A stretch of 62,677 nt of DNA, counting the filler, from Choristocarpus tenellus KU-1152 (Eukaryota; Protista; Phaeophyceae), in NCBI GenBank assembly GCA_964200185.2. It is 12 parts of 12 records of this genome, joined end to end, with 100 filler letters (N's around TTAATTAATTAA, not from the genome) between each part and the next. Parts side by side here need not be neighbours in the genome. Positions count along the whole stretch, not along the records: positions 18,808 to 27,707 come from CAXNAD020004216.1; positions 27,808 to 35,796 come from CAXNAD020005299.1; positions 35,897 to 42,874 come from CAXNAD020006933.1; 9 more parts are not named here. The stretch is one strand, 5' to 3'. Positions 23,885 through 37,398 of this stretch are shown in pieces. The position numbers and the translations under genes were made by a program. Within the stretch, counting starts at the first letter, position 1, and each line of letters opens with the position of its first letter. The notes under the pieces were generated by a model. That model was not told the origin of the DNA. It saw nothing but the letters and a program-made list of their open reading frames with translations, and ran no database searches.

Positions 23885-26686
23885 CTCGACCTACTTCGAT
23901 AATCATCCCAGTAGTGCAAGCTAAGTTAGTTAGATGTCAACTGTCAAGAAGAGACAAGAGAAACAGGTTTCATTTGTACCCCTCTTTGATTTTCTGTTGT
24001 ATAGAAAATGAACAATAGTAGCACTAGAAAAATCATTTATAGTATTACAAAAAAAAAGCACTGGTTTCATATTACATAAATATACCTTTATAATTATGCC
24101 CTTTGACATTTTCTAGATGTGTCAGGGGAAAAAACAATGAGAACAGTTAAAATGTCAGAAAAAACCCAAAAAAGTAACAATTGTTGTAAATGTGAAAGAT
24201 ATTTTCTATTTACTATTTTACTACCAGTTATGGCGCACCACTGCCCCCTCCTGTACCTCCAACCTACCTTAGTCCTGCACCGCAGGGTGAGGATCTAGGG
24301 AAACATCCCAACGATACATATATTATATTTTGTCCCCATTGCAATACCCAACAACAGTGTTTTGTAGTTTCAATAATTGTGTACAAACATAGAGATGTAT
24401 GTATGAACAAATTAATACTTCGATGTGGTTTTTTAAACACTTCTTAAGATCTTAAGATGTGAAGATCTGGTAACTGAGAACTGATGTGCATACTAATAGT
24501 AGTGGTTATGGATGGAAAGTGGGGATGCAAGAGACTGACGAAGGGATACCTACAAGGTATTGTGTCCATCACAATAGTACAGGTGGCATTTTCGAGGGAG
24601 GTCACGACTTCAAGGGGTTCACAAAATATTGTTTTCCTCACTCTCGTGAAAATATATGTTCCCTTATTATTTCTATGTAGACCGTCTTCATAGTGCTAAT
24701 GTAGGAGAAGTATCATAGTTTTAAAGGTGTGTGCCATCATGTGTTTCTCGGTTCACAAGTAAGTGGTAAGATTGATTAAGATAAAATATAATTCATTCTT
24801 CCAGTAGTACGTAGATTCCAACCTTGCTATTAAAGTTACACAAAAAAAATCTGGCACCTTCTTCCACACTACGACGTACTCCATCATCTCAAAGGAGAAC
24901 TCTGAATCCTTCCTGCGACCATATCTATCCAAAAGCAACTGCAATTTGCAATTGAAGGGGGTGTTTTGTGCCATGAGCATCCGTAACTCTAGCCCACCCC
25001 AGCATCAACTCGCCCTCTCTGACAATAAACAGAATAGCCCCAAAAAAAGTAGAAAAGAGAAGAAGCTGTGACATCCGGGTTCCTTCAACTCAGCAATACT
25101 GCAGACCAACAGAATTTCTGGGATCTCACTCCCAAAAAATGATGTCACTAACTCGATGCTGAAAATCTACATTCAGTACGAAGACTCTGCAAACACCCAG
25201 CACCTCGCCTAAAAACTAGTTACTCTGACCTCACAAAGAAAAACAGGGTCAAGGTCAAACGCTAATTACTCCTGGGATACAAATGAACACAACAGCAAGT
25301 ACTAGAATCAGTGAAACTATAGCATCACTTTTGCAGTGAAGTATGATTTGTAACGTTGCATGCAGGACCCACCACAGTCCACTCTAAGTTCATAGTAATA
25401 ATTATTTTTCTGGAATGTTAGTTGCTTGTTGTTTATGAAGTGTCTCCAACTATTGTTCCTGTTGCTTTCTTTTACACAAAAAATGTATCTTGTTTGTTGC
25501 TGTTGGGTCCTTAGCTATGGTCACTCTCCACTGCTACTCCTATTTTCTAACTGCTAAATCTACCACCATAATTTAGCCTAACCCTAACCCTAAACCCATA
25601 TCTTACGGTTCCTTCCAAACCGCCAGTGCTCATAATTGGGGAAAAAATCAAATTGCAAGACCTCCACATTAGCAGAATCAAGTTGTTGGGGTTTCGAGCG
25701 AAGTTTGGTACACGCAAATCATAGAGCAACACTCACTACCTCTATCTTCTCGTTCAGAATACCAAGCACAGGGCAATGGGTGCAAGTTATGGTATGTGTA
25801 TCCAGACCCCCTGTTGCTTACCACATCTCCCCTTTCTGTTGACCTCTCTTTGTCGTTTTTATAGGAGGACATGAGCCTCGGGCAAGTGGTGTGTGATTCT
25901 TCCTCTTAAGTTTAAGCCTTAATGTGCAAATAAATAGTAGATACTTGGCTGGTAGTTACATCCAATAGGAGTAGATTTAGTAGTATTAGCAGCAGCATCA
26001 CTATCACACAGTTATGACATTCGTTCATGACCACATCATACTTCTTATATCTTTTTGTTTGCCTTATTTTGTAGTGTGTGTATTTGTGTATGCAATACTT
26101 ATTTTATTATATTCCATGTCACATGCAACACTCGTACCACTTCCACTGCATTCATTTATATATATGTGTGTGTGTGTACATTGGTTGGTGGTGCTAGACC
26201 TCTTACCTCTCACTTCATTATTTACCACCACAACAACAGTGATGACATAATTCATTATGCCATCATAGTTTTCATTTTTATATTATGTAACAATGTACTC
26301 AATACCATGTTTGCTCTCTTATGATTATAATCATGATAATGCCCGTTCTTACTTTTTTAGTATTTTTAATAGTAGGACTTATGGTGGCATTGGTAGTTAT
26401 GTATGGAAGGCATAGTTGTCCGATGTCATATCGACCATTGCCGCACCATATACTGTCACACCGTTTGAGGTTCCTTATGAGGAATCCTCTGTTGATGGGG
26501 TTTGGATCCAAAAGTCATGCATAGCAGTCTCCCTAAGTTACTCACTGAGTCAAGAGGACGATGTTACAATACCAATTAGTACAAATAAAAAATTGTCTCT
26601 ATTATTTGTCCTCTTTAAAATTATTTTTAATATTGCTCTTCGCCTCATCACTATCAATAGCAAACGTTCCACACTCATACTTCTTA

Positions 26687-26864
26687 GGCCCAAAGCATCT
26701 GGGGGGGGTGGCGGCTGTCCATTTGGGGTCAATCTTTTCATATCGCGATTTTTGGGCGATTTGGTTGCATACGTCAGATGGATAACGTAAATCCACTTTT
26801 CCTGATTCTGACCCAAATGGACCCCCTGGTGTAGACCCCCCCCCTCCCCCAGATACTTAGATAA
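26687..26864 (+). mobile_element. MITE family A, full copy
   Basis: GGCCCAAAGCATCTGGGGGGGG ... CCCCAGATACTT; collinear with 15910-16088. Confidence 0.92.
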
Positions 26865-27686
26865 ATCTAAATGAGAGTCCTAGCGGTTGCACTGTGAGTG
26901 TTATCACAATAATTGGGGTCCTCAAAGACTTTGTTTCAGGTGGTTCATGGGGAACCGCAAGCCCTGAAAGGATGTGGGCAAGGGGCTGAATGTGTGAAGG
27001 GGGGGAAAGACAAAGGTCGAGTTTTGAGCCTCGAAACGTAACTGCCGATTGTGCCTGGATGAAAAAAGTTTAAGCTGAGGGTGACTGAGGAGGATGGAGA
27101 GAGCAATCTGAGGGAGAACTCCATTGCTCCCCAGGGAGTAAGGATAACATCCCTTCAGTGCTAGAGGTTGAGGAGGACATGGAAGAGATCGATGAAGAGC
27201 GGGAGAATGCTTTTGATGAAGAGGTGGACGGAGACGTAGCATCCCGTGGAGAGGTCCAAAGAAATAAAGAGCTGACACGAGAGAACAAAACACTTCTTCA
27301 ATGCTTCAATTCTTTAGTGACCCAAACACCAAATCACACAACAACATCTGGAAGGCCAGCTTCATGTAGTAGGGTGGAGGGACACGTACAATTTTCGAAC
27401 GAAACAAATATAGCAAAAAAAATTGCAGCCAGTCGATCTTGAAGAGAGTATAATTCGGAGATTGAATAGATCAGTATGACGACGATATATTTTTACCGTC
27501 GACATACATAGTTATTGAGGACACAATATATCACCATTGAGATGGGCAAGGAGGGGCTTGTTAAATTTGTGGGATGCTTCGCTAGCCAATCACCCTAAAG
27601 TGCAGGACTAACCTAGGTTAGAGGCACAGAAAGGGAACGGTGTAGCATAGCTGGTAGTGAAATAGTAAATAGATTAATGTCTTTCA

Positions 27687-27707
27687 GGCTCAAAGTATCT
27701 GGGGGGG
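27687..27707 (+). mobile_element. Family A TIR start (contig end)
   Basis: GGCTCAAAGTATCTGGGGGGG running into the linker. Confidence 0.8.
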
Positions 27708-27807
27708 NNNNNNNNNNNNNNNNNNNNNNNNNNNNNNNNNNNNNNNNNNNNTTAATTAATTAANNNNNNNNNNNNNNNNNNNNNNNNNNNNNNNNNNNNN
27801 NNNNNNN

Positions 27808-28057
27808 ACATCCCACGATTCTAATAAACCCCTCCTTGCCCATCTCCCTGGTGACTCCACCTCAAAACGCATAACCCTTCTAGATACTTTGGGTCTTTAC
27901 TACCACATGTCTATGTTGTAGTACTGCCTTCCTGTGTCTCAAACCTATTCCTGCACCCCAGGGTGAGGAGCTAGGGAAACATCCCACGATTCTAATAAAC
28001 CCCTCCTTGCCCATCTCCCTGGTGACTCCACCTCAAAACGCATAACCCTTCTAGATA
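27808..28057. repeat. 79-bp direct duplication (27808-27886 and 27979-28057); first copy runs into a TIR end
   Basis: Identical ACATCCCACGAT...CCCTTCTAGATA copies; the first continues CTTTGGGTC. Confidence 0.9.
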
Positions 28058-28259
28058 GGGGTACTTGCGTTGTGAAAAGTAAACCATATCTATATTTTAA
28101 AAGATCGCAATTTTCGATTATAATCAAGACGTATGTATGTTTTATGTAAATCAACTTACACGAAATGTAATAACACACATCACATACATACTGTTGTACG
28201 GATGTATTCATCATGGAGAAGAATCAAGCAATACATTTACAACGTACAGCATTCTTGGT

Positions 28260-28315
<56 letters not shown>

Positions 28316-31300
28316 GGATGCTAAAGTGAGACCAGAAAGAAGGATATACCTGGCGAACTGAAGATTAAATGGAGAAAAGCTGAACAAGGAAATTGCCGAA
28401 ACAACGAATAATGGAGAAATACAAAGAAACGAAGAACAGCGAAACAGAAAAATATAAATACAATAAGATCGGGTCAGTGCTGACTGGGACTGGGAAAGCA
28501 GGGACTACGAGGGCTTGGTTCATGTTGGTCATATTTTAAATTCTGGTGGAGTAGTCATGGAGACCCGATTATGATTTCTGTTGGATCTATTTATTGCTGA
28601 TGACTGATCATAGGTGCGTCCCATCCGTTTTGGTGATTAAGTGAGAGGCATCGTTTTGATGCATATTAAGGAGAATTATAGGAGAAGATAAACACAGTAC
28701 CTACAACATGGTACGATAGATTCATAGATAGGTGGGTGTGCCAAACAATTTGAATAGACCTTTTCGCTGGATCAGTTAAACATGCTGGGACGGCCCATCA
28801 CTGACTGGTGGTAATAATGGTGAAATCTACATAGTACTTCCAGTAGTAGTAGTTAGAAATATGCTTTGACAGGACTTGTTGCGGGTAGTCCAGTAATGGT
28901 ATTTATTCTAGTATTTTTGGGACTTGTCATAATTTTGAAGTACCATTCAACACTACCCCTTCTACTACTATTGGAAACAGGGTTATAACTCTACATCTGA
29001 TTTCAAACGCCTTCGAAGGCCTGAAATCCTGTTCAAACAACAACAGGGAGAGAGAGACAAGGTCTGTCCCAATGGAAGAAGAATGGATTGCCCTACCACA
29101 ACGTACAAGGCGACGTTGGAAGGGAACTCCATCAAATGCAGGTTTTTTTCGATGACTCACTTCAAATCGGATTTTCCCAATTTGCAGGCCCCAGCATTTG
29201 CTCTTGCCAAGGTTGTTTCATCACACTGCCCACACATTTGCAGGTGAAGGGTGCGGGATATCTTCAAGAGGAAAAGAGGAAGAAGACACACGCTATGGCG
29301 AAGCCAAATCTAATCCAGTGGTAGATTCCAATATTGCACGGGCGGACGAAATGATTAAATGTAAACAGAGAGAGGGGGAGACTCCCTCAAGTTCAAATAT
29401 TGTGACTGCAAGTCATGCACCAACAGGAGCCGCATCTGTGGTAAGTACTTCCTTTGGAGAATTAGGGGGTGAATTAGGTGTCAATTATGGACATCGACGG
29501 TTCAAGGATGGTCAGGTCGCCGCAAACCACTCCGCAGTAGCTGCAGCGGTGGAAGAACGATCGAGGAGGCATCGGTACGTGGAAGGGCTAGAGAGTGGAG
29601 CAGGGAAGGACGGTTCTAACTATGAGTGTGAGTGATTCACCGTTCTTCGTATCTGTTAATCGTCGATTGAAAAACACCATACTACCAAGCAAGAAAACGA
29701 CAGAGCCGTAAGTAGCGCAGGTATCCGGATGTTGCATGTTATATTTTTTTGTGTAGGTTTACGTCCTACCCACTCTGCAGGGCACAAACAAACCTACACT
29801 TTTGGTAGGAGAGAAGAGCAATAGCAACGCACTCAACTGAATCAAATAAATCTCTGTGCAGCATGGCCTTATATGTGTGCCTGAAAACGTCTGACAGTAG
29901 GTTTGACTACGTGATCTTGGTCATTTTCAGGTAGTCGTTCTCTTCCCCTCTCATGCTCACTACACCTATGACCGCATCCGACTTGCTGAACATGTTCATC
30001 CTCGGGTATTGGTTCATGGTCCGCTGTACCGTGGGAGTGCTTCAGACCTCGATCACACTGCAGATGTGCAGCTCCACAGTTGTGAGTGGTCTGTTGCAAT
30101 AGAAATATACAATCTGTCATTGCACTTGCGCATCTTATGCCCATGATATACGTTAATTTTGTTTAACTTCTGTACATTCCTGTTGCATACTTTCGGGAGT
30201 GTACAATGTGTTCTATGAGGAAAGGATTATCACATCCTCGTGAGATGTACACAGCCCAGGCAATACAATGCTCGTAACTGGTGTTGCCCTAGAACATTCA
30301 GCTATATTTAGTCCACATTTTCCGTTGTCCAGGACAACATTAGGACTAAATTGCTATGTATCATATGCTACCAGGGTAGTGTCCAGGGGTCCCTTACTCT
30401 ATAACGCTCATCATCATATAAAACCCAAGTCCGCTTGCTTCACAAGCTCGTGGCTAGCACTAGACTTGCACTTAATGTCCATTGAGGGGGGAATACTATT
30501 GTTATTTAATTAATTTTTTATATCTCACTCTGACTTTTATCTTCTCAAGTCCATGACCAGAGACTGTAAATAAGAGAGAGTGATCATTGGGAGAACCGCT
30601 GCAGAAGAAAATACAAAGAGGAAGAAATGTACACCTGCAGCGCTCACACATAACTCCTCTTGTCTAGCAAACATTTTGTTTCATTTTCTGTGTAATGTCC
30701 TTTCTACAGCACAAGCTCAGGGCCATTCGCTCTGTGAAGATCTGTTGTGTAGAATACAATTATTAAAATGTTGGGTTGTGTCATGTGAAATTTTTGTTGT
30801 TCTGGGTGTGGAGAAGCATTACCATACACATCAAGACCAATGTCTACTGTAGTACCTGGAAATTGACAAGAAGGATGAAGTCAGAATCGTTTCACAAGGC
30901 ATTCGCAAACCCTATTTTTTTCTATTGTGTAGGTGTGCTTTGGATGGATGGATAGATGGATGAAAAACTCTCAGTCTGAGGTTGGTTGAGAGGAATGATT
31001 ATACACTTCCACGGAACTGATGACTATGCGTAAGCCTGTTGCAAGCAAGATGCTCCATTAGCATTTGCTGATAGCTTGCCGCACTATTAATACTCTTATT
31101 ATGCCAAGTGGCAAAGATCTCAAGTAGTGCTGGTTTCATCCAGGGGGCGACAACCTGGAGCTGGCCCTGGAGCACCTTGTATCAAGCATGTTCAACGTCA
31201 TAACAGATATCAGCACCATAGAGGTGAATCCCAGCCAGACACGAGAGATTGAGGTTCAGGGTAAGCACAGCAAGTTACAAGCAATACTGCGATGGCATTT

Positions 31301-34300
31301 TCATGTGGTGATTACCATGGAGTAGTTGGTGGCTCGCTGCAGGAGAAGTAAGGAGGTGGTGTACTTGAACACAAGCAGTGGGAGAGCTAAGTGTCTCCTT
31401 GTAGGAGGATGTTGTGTGAGATACCTGTTCCTGTTCAGCGAAGCAACTGACCTGTACAGGTGTCCCCCCCCTCTTGACACATTCAGGACTACAGGACACT
31501 GTGGGTAATTTCTTTCATTTGTTGGACTTGTACACTATATGTTTACGGCCCTATATTGTTATATTGTTCACATGAAGGACGAAGGCACTTCTCTTGGTCT
31601 CTTCGAGCTTGGCTGTGAAACGTGCTATCTTCCCGATCAGTGATGTGTCTGACTACGTGCTGACGTACGTACTCATCTTCTGATTGCACCTGAGACAGGC
31701 CATGACATGATGTCGCTTGTCTTTACATTATTGGACGAATTCCTGTTCCTCTTCCATGCAGAAGGACTAGCAGTACAATGTGCAACTCTAGTTGGCAAGG
31801 TTGATAGGGAGCTCTGGACAGTCTGTGCTAAAGCGTGAGTCCACATGTGCAAGCGAATTTGATGGGGGTTTTTTCCTATCAAGATGATACTTGGGACACT
31901 TGCACCTTTTTGGGCGATTGGTGAGCCCCCAACCTCATACCTCTACTTTAACATGCTCTAGGTGGATTTTTTTTTATAGTGTTGAGCCTCGCTGGTCCTT
32001 GCTGAATGAATAGCACATCATGGCTATTGAAGTGTACAGTTCTATTATTTGCTGCCTCAAGTTGCAAAGGTCCTTGGCCCTGTATGAAGCCCATAATTTC
32101 ACGTTTTCACGCTCTTTTTACACTCCCCAACGTTGAAGTTGATGGGCGTAGATCCAAAAAATTGTACATACCTCTCTCCACCTATAGAGTTCTCATGGTA
32201 GTGTTGGTTTTGACCCCCTTATGTCCTGTTGGTGTCATATGTATCAGGGAGGGGGAAATGTTTGACCTCTCAAAGCATCCACAAGGAACTGAGGTCAAGG
32301 CCATCACCTACTCCAACATGCAGGTTAGTTTTCTGTAGTAGTATCATGGGGATGTGCGCTAGAGGAATGGGATGACCACATCACTGCTAGCAAGCTCGAT
32401 CCAAGGGAAATTGGGTGCTGTCGGATTCTTACGTTACTGGAAGATGGCTTACTTCCCTAGAGCAACTCTTTCCTTTCGTAGTGGTTGCATGCTGCATTTT
32501 GAAATCAAAGCTGCAAATAACACATCTTAAAGAGGTATCAATAACACTGATGTATGATCAAGTCAATGCAAGAATGTATACTGGGAAAAAGTGAGTACAA
32601 GGTGTGCATGGAGCCCACCCTGTGTTGAGTTTGTGGAGCACATGATGTGATAGCTGATGAACCACGTGCACTGGTGTTATGTGAGCAGTAATGAACTCAC
32701 CCTCAATTTTTTGATGCAATGCTGTTCACAGTATGTGTATGTTATAATGATACCCTCGCTCCTGTATATGGCAAAACCCTACTGTTCAGAATGGCTGAAG
32801 AGTGGTAATGGATGGTAAGAGGTGTGTGACTGGTCCGCCTCCCCCCTTCTTACATCTTATAATAATACACAAACCCCAATTTTGCATTCTTTTGTTTGTG
32901 GCATGCATATAGGTCCATGAGGATCCATCATCTGGACACACAGACATTTATGTTATCATTGACATATGATGATCGTCACTCCTTGAATATTTTAACGTTG
33001 AACAAGATCTGAGGACGGTACTGGCAAAAGATGAAGAGCTCAGGGCTGTAAATACGGCACCATCTTTGTACAATTGTAGCATATCTTTCCTTTCTCACAG
33101 TTGTTGGTGTTGAGTCAGAGACTGCTATTGGTGTGATCATACCAAGTATACCAGTGTGCGTCATGGGAGAGGAGATGTATGAGTGCACCGCAATACATTG
33201 CAAATGTACAGGTGTACCAAATCGTTTAAGCCTTAGCCCTAACCTGCTTGATATCTGTTTGTTGTATCTAGAGTTTGAGCATCAGTGGCGAGGTTGGGTA
33301 TGCTAACATGCTCTATCTTCTGCTAAGTGGTGCTGAGTGGTGTCTTGTTGAGATACACCTGACTTCCCTTTGCACTTAGTGAGTGCATTGTCCTGTCTTG
33401 AAGAATGAGCTGAGTTGTGTATGTGGTCCTGTTGTGGATTGAGTTCATTGGTTGATGCGTTGTTACCTTTCCTGTCCAAGATATTTGGGGTGTGTACCTT
33501 CTATGTGGAGCAAAGTATCTCTGCCGTCATGTTTGAGCTTGCTATCACTGCTTAGTTGACATGGGCTTTATGAAAGACCCATCATTGCAATATCCCTGGT
33601 GATTTAGTAAAAATAATTGGGAAAATCAGCTGCTGCATATTGACCTCACACGAGTATTTTTTTGGCTATATATATATATATATATATTTATATGTACTTG
33701 ATTTAGTGCAAAAAGAGTGAGTAGATACAACAAGAAGTATTGTGACCAACCAATAGTTGCAGCAATGTAAATTATGCAGTGCACAGTGAAGTAGACATGG
33801 TTGAAATTGAATGTTCAGGTGTTGATATCGTGTGTTGACTCTATCTGATGGATTATTGTGCTGTTAGATCTAAGGGATTGCTGTTTGTGTTGATGCTTGA
33901 GCATTGTGTCTGAGTCCTCAGCACACAGACAGACTAGTGCCAGCCCCCCCTTGCTGTTCATACATGGAGAAGTACACCTGCCTGGGGTATGACTACAAGA
34001 CTTATCTACTCTTGATTTGCAAGTAAAAAAGTTGGATGTGTTATTCTGGAAGGTATTTCTATGGTGTATAGATTTTATACTTCTATGCTGCTGTAGAGTA
34101 GCATATTTAGTGGGAGTGTCACACAGGGTTTGGGATGTCCTTCCCTTGAGCTCTCTTGACTAGTTGTTTTGGGATGTGTGAACTACTCCGGGGAAATCTT
34201 AGTGTGTACAGTCTACCTAGGAATAGGGTTAGGGCTCGTAAAATTACCACCTATAATAGTAACAAGGCCAGATGCGCATAACGCCTGCGGTTAATGTCTT

Positions 34301-35249
34301 GTTCAACACATGGACATGTACACTCAACATTAAAAGGCGGATTTGATGACTGCCAATACTGTCTGTTGGTCATGTGATGTGGTCTTTCACTGTACTTTCA
34401 CCTGAAAAAAAGGTCCTTTGAGATGGAGGAGTCTACTAGGTGATGTTCGTTCAGAATTTTTTTAATATTTAAAAAGTTTTGTTCCTAGAAAAATATTTAT
34501 TAGTATTCTGGTGGTGTGCAGGTGCTTCTGTCTCATTCTTGTCAGATGTTTTAAGACACCCCTCGCCTCCTCATTCAGCAAGAGCAGACTCCCATCTCCT
34601 ACCCTCATCATTCTTGGTCTCAAGTTTGTAGGGAAGGAAGTTACATCACCTGTATTACCACACGTTTTTGTGTGCCTATATCGTAGTGAGCAGAATTGTT
34701 TCCACAACGAATCCCAGCACAGCTCCTCTTATTGACATGTCATATCCTTGCTCCCTCCTGCAACTTCACTATCTAATGTATCAAACTTGTCATACAAACA
34801 ATGATATGATGCAATAGGATAATGTTCCTTCCTATTAGTAGGATATTATTGGAGTACTTCTTGTCATCCCCAAGTTGTGAATATCATTGACTTCCTGTGC
34901 AATCAATTTTCTACCATTCCCTACCCCCCCAGCCGTACCCCACACCACCCCTCCACTGCCACAACGCTCTCTTAGGATCATTTTAAATCATTACTTTACT
35001 TACACTATTATTCATAATTGTTCATATTATGGATCCCACCAGTCTGTAAGATCCCAGACCGACAGTCAAAGCGTAGTCCAAAGAAGGCAATACACACTGC
35101 TTAAGAAGGCAACAAGAAAAAAATGACATTTGTACCCCTTGATCGTATCCTCTCCCTGATTAGTCATCTCAATCTTCACGTTTCCCCTGAAGTCTGTTCC
35201 TGGATTCCTGGATCCCCCCCACACTCTATATCTCAATGTTTGACAAAAT

Positions 35250-35519
35250 CACAGGTTGTGGGATCGAATCCGGGCTGGACCACTTTCCCGGCTTCCTACG
35301 ATGGGAGGATGGATATGGAATGTGAAGGGAGGGTCCAGAGTGCAAACTCATTGGGAAACGTGAGCATTGGTTTAACTGCTCGAGGAGACCGGACCATGCA
35401 GGTAGTTGGGTGATGACCCATGAATTACGCCTGGAAAAGAAGGAACGCCTTGCGATAGTGTTGTGACGCTGGTGTGTTGATATGGTTTGATGGTCTTTCT
35501 TTGAAACATGTGTGTATGT

Positions 35520-35550
<31 letters not shown>
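35250..35550 (+). mobile_element. Possible 5'-truncated tRNA-derived SINE
   Basis: GGTTGTGGGATCGAATCC (T-arm/B-box-like), then GGGCTGGACCA, about 220 bp of body and a (TG)n tail. Single copy in the window. Confidence 0.3.
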
Positions 35551-35896
35551 GATACATTGGAATACTCTAACTTATTTGATGACAAATGTTACTACAAATC
35601 TGTGTGAACGGTAATATGTGAACAATATTGTTTTGAACTATTCGTAAGAAACATCCTGGTGGATTTGAAACACAAAGTTGTGCGAAAATATCCAATAATA
35701 TGTAGTTCATAGAAAGGAAGATGTGGAAAGCATGTTTGTCTGTTATTATACCGTATTGCTCGTATGCCATATACCGTTATACCGTGGTACCGAGTGNNNN
35801 NNNNNNNNNNNNNNNNNNNNNNNNNNNNNNNNNNNNNNNNTTAATTAATTAANNNNNNNNNNNNNNNNNNNNNNNNNNNNNNNNNNNNNNNNNNNN

Positions 35897-35948
35897 CCAA
35901 ATGGACACCCTGGTGTAGACTCCCCCCCCCCCACAGATACTTTGGGTC
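35897..35948 (+). mobile_element. MITE family A, right end (contig start)
   Basis: CCAAATGGACACCCTGGTGTAGAC, C-tract, CAGATACTTTGGGTC. Confidence 0.88.
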
Positions 35949-36486
35949 AGAACTTATCACACTAAATTTCGGCAGCTAAGAAATGAAAGCATTTGAATGG
36001 AAAAGAGACCCAACAAAACGCTTGTCCCCAAAAAACTTTGCGGAGCTATCTGCATCGAAAGCAATGAGAGGAATCAATAGTAATAGTCAGTGTTTTTCTC
36101 CACGTATACTGTGTCTGGAGCAAGTAATTAGATTGGAAACTGTACTACAATTCCTCGGAGTGCCGGGGTTAAGAAAGAACTTAGGCCGTAAGAGGTCAGA
36201 GCCCTAGTAATAATGAGGTGATGCATCTACAAAAAGTAATGGATGGCCTACATGTTGAATTGAGCTTTTGGGACGCAAATACCATACAACAACCAGTGCC
36301 CTCTCAAACTATCATTATAAATCGTATTGTATTGATACAGAGAATCCTATTATGGGGTACTTGGGAGTGACATGACAAATGCAAATGGAAGAATGAAACG
36401 CCGTATGACGAACAAAAAAGGTGTGTCAGACCCTGAAGTGTGATGCCCAAGGTGACATTCCGTTGAAGGGTTTACTGCGAACAAGA

Positions 36487-36744
36487 GAGGCAAAGCACTT
36501 AAGAGGTAGGGTTGCGTACTTTGTGGTCAAAAATATCCAGTCTTGCAATTTTGATGAACTTTGGCTATCGTCTTTGTTAGCAAGTGTCAATATCCTTGCT
36601 CCGTATCCACCTTTTATAGTTCTATATATTTTGGGTAACAGTGTTTACACAGAAAACCGAAAAAGGGCATAAAAAACCCGAGGGAAGTCGAGCCCCGAAC
36701 GGAAAAACTGGGTAAAACTCCTACCCTCTTAAATGCTTTGGGTC
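36487..36744 (+). mobile_element. MITE family B subfamily copy
   Basis: GAGGCAAAGCACTTAAGAGGTAGG ... CTACCCTCTTAAATGCTTTGGGTC; body similar to 14276-14515. Confidence 0.82.
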
Positions 36745-37077
36745 AGAGCAACACAGAAAGACCCTCAGTATCCTAGTGGGGGGTTCAGGCATCCATTCAG
36801 GGCCTGTGTAAACGTGCAATCATTTAATCTGAGCGAACGTGTCAGCTGTAAGGGCAATTTCCTTCATTTGAATGCACCTTCATTTTCCATCCCTCTGCCT
36901 GAACCAAATCCGAAAGAAATCAAGCACAAAACTGGCACCAAACTGGGGTATAATACAACACCCCATCATGCCCCAAACGGACAACATGCCCTAAATATCC
37001 CCCCCCCCTAACATACAATGGGTCAAAGTAGGATCACCCACATGCTCTCTAAGCGTTGACTGACTACTTAACTAGAT

Positions 37078-37307
37078 GGATCAAAGTATCGGAGGGGGGG
37101 GTGGCAACTGTCCATTCGGGGCCAATTTTTCTATGTCACATTTTTTGGGTGAATTAGTTGCATGCGTCGGATGGATGATATAAGTAAACCTTTCCTGATT
37201 AGGCCCCAAATGAACACCTTGGTGTAGACCCCCCTCCCCCCCCCCCCAATAATTATTTTGTTCCGACCCCCCCCCCCCCCCCCCCCCCCCCCCAGATACT
37301 TTGGGCC
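37078..37307 (+). mobile_element. MITE family A with duplicated right end; perfect 4-bp TSD AGAT
   Basis: AGAT|GGATCAAAGTATC ... AGATACTTTGGGCC|AGAT; lies in the intron downstream of the glycosyltransferase exon. Confidence 0.92.
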
Positions 37308-37398
37308 AGATCAAAGTGCCAAACTGCTCTGTACCCTGTCCTATCTTCCATCACCTCTTTGCCACTCCCACACACAGAAAGTCTCTAGCAAACCCCAC

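Noticed and set aside
27158-27442. Acidic 94-aa ORF (and similar ones at 144, 2685 and 29198) as genes
   Set aside because: Low-complexity GA-rich sequence with no recognisable domain or supported splice structure.
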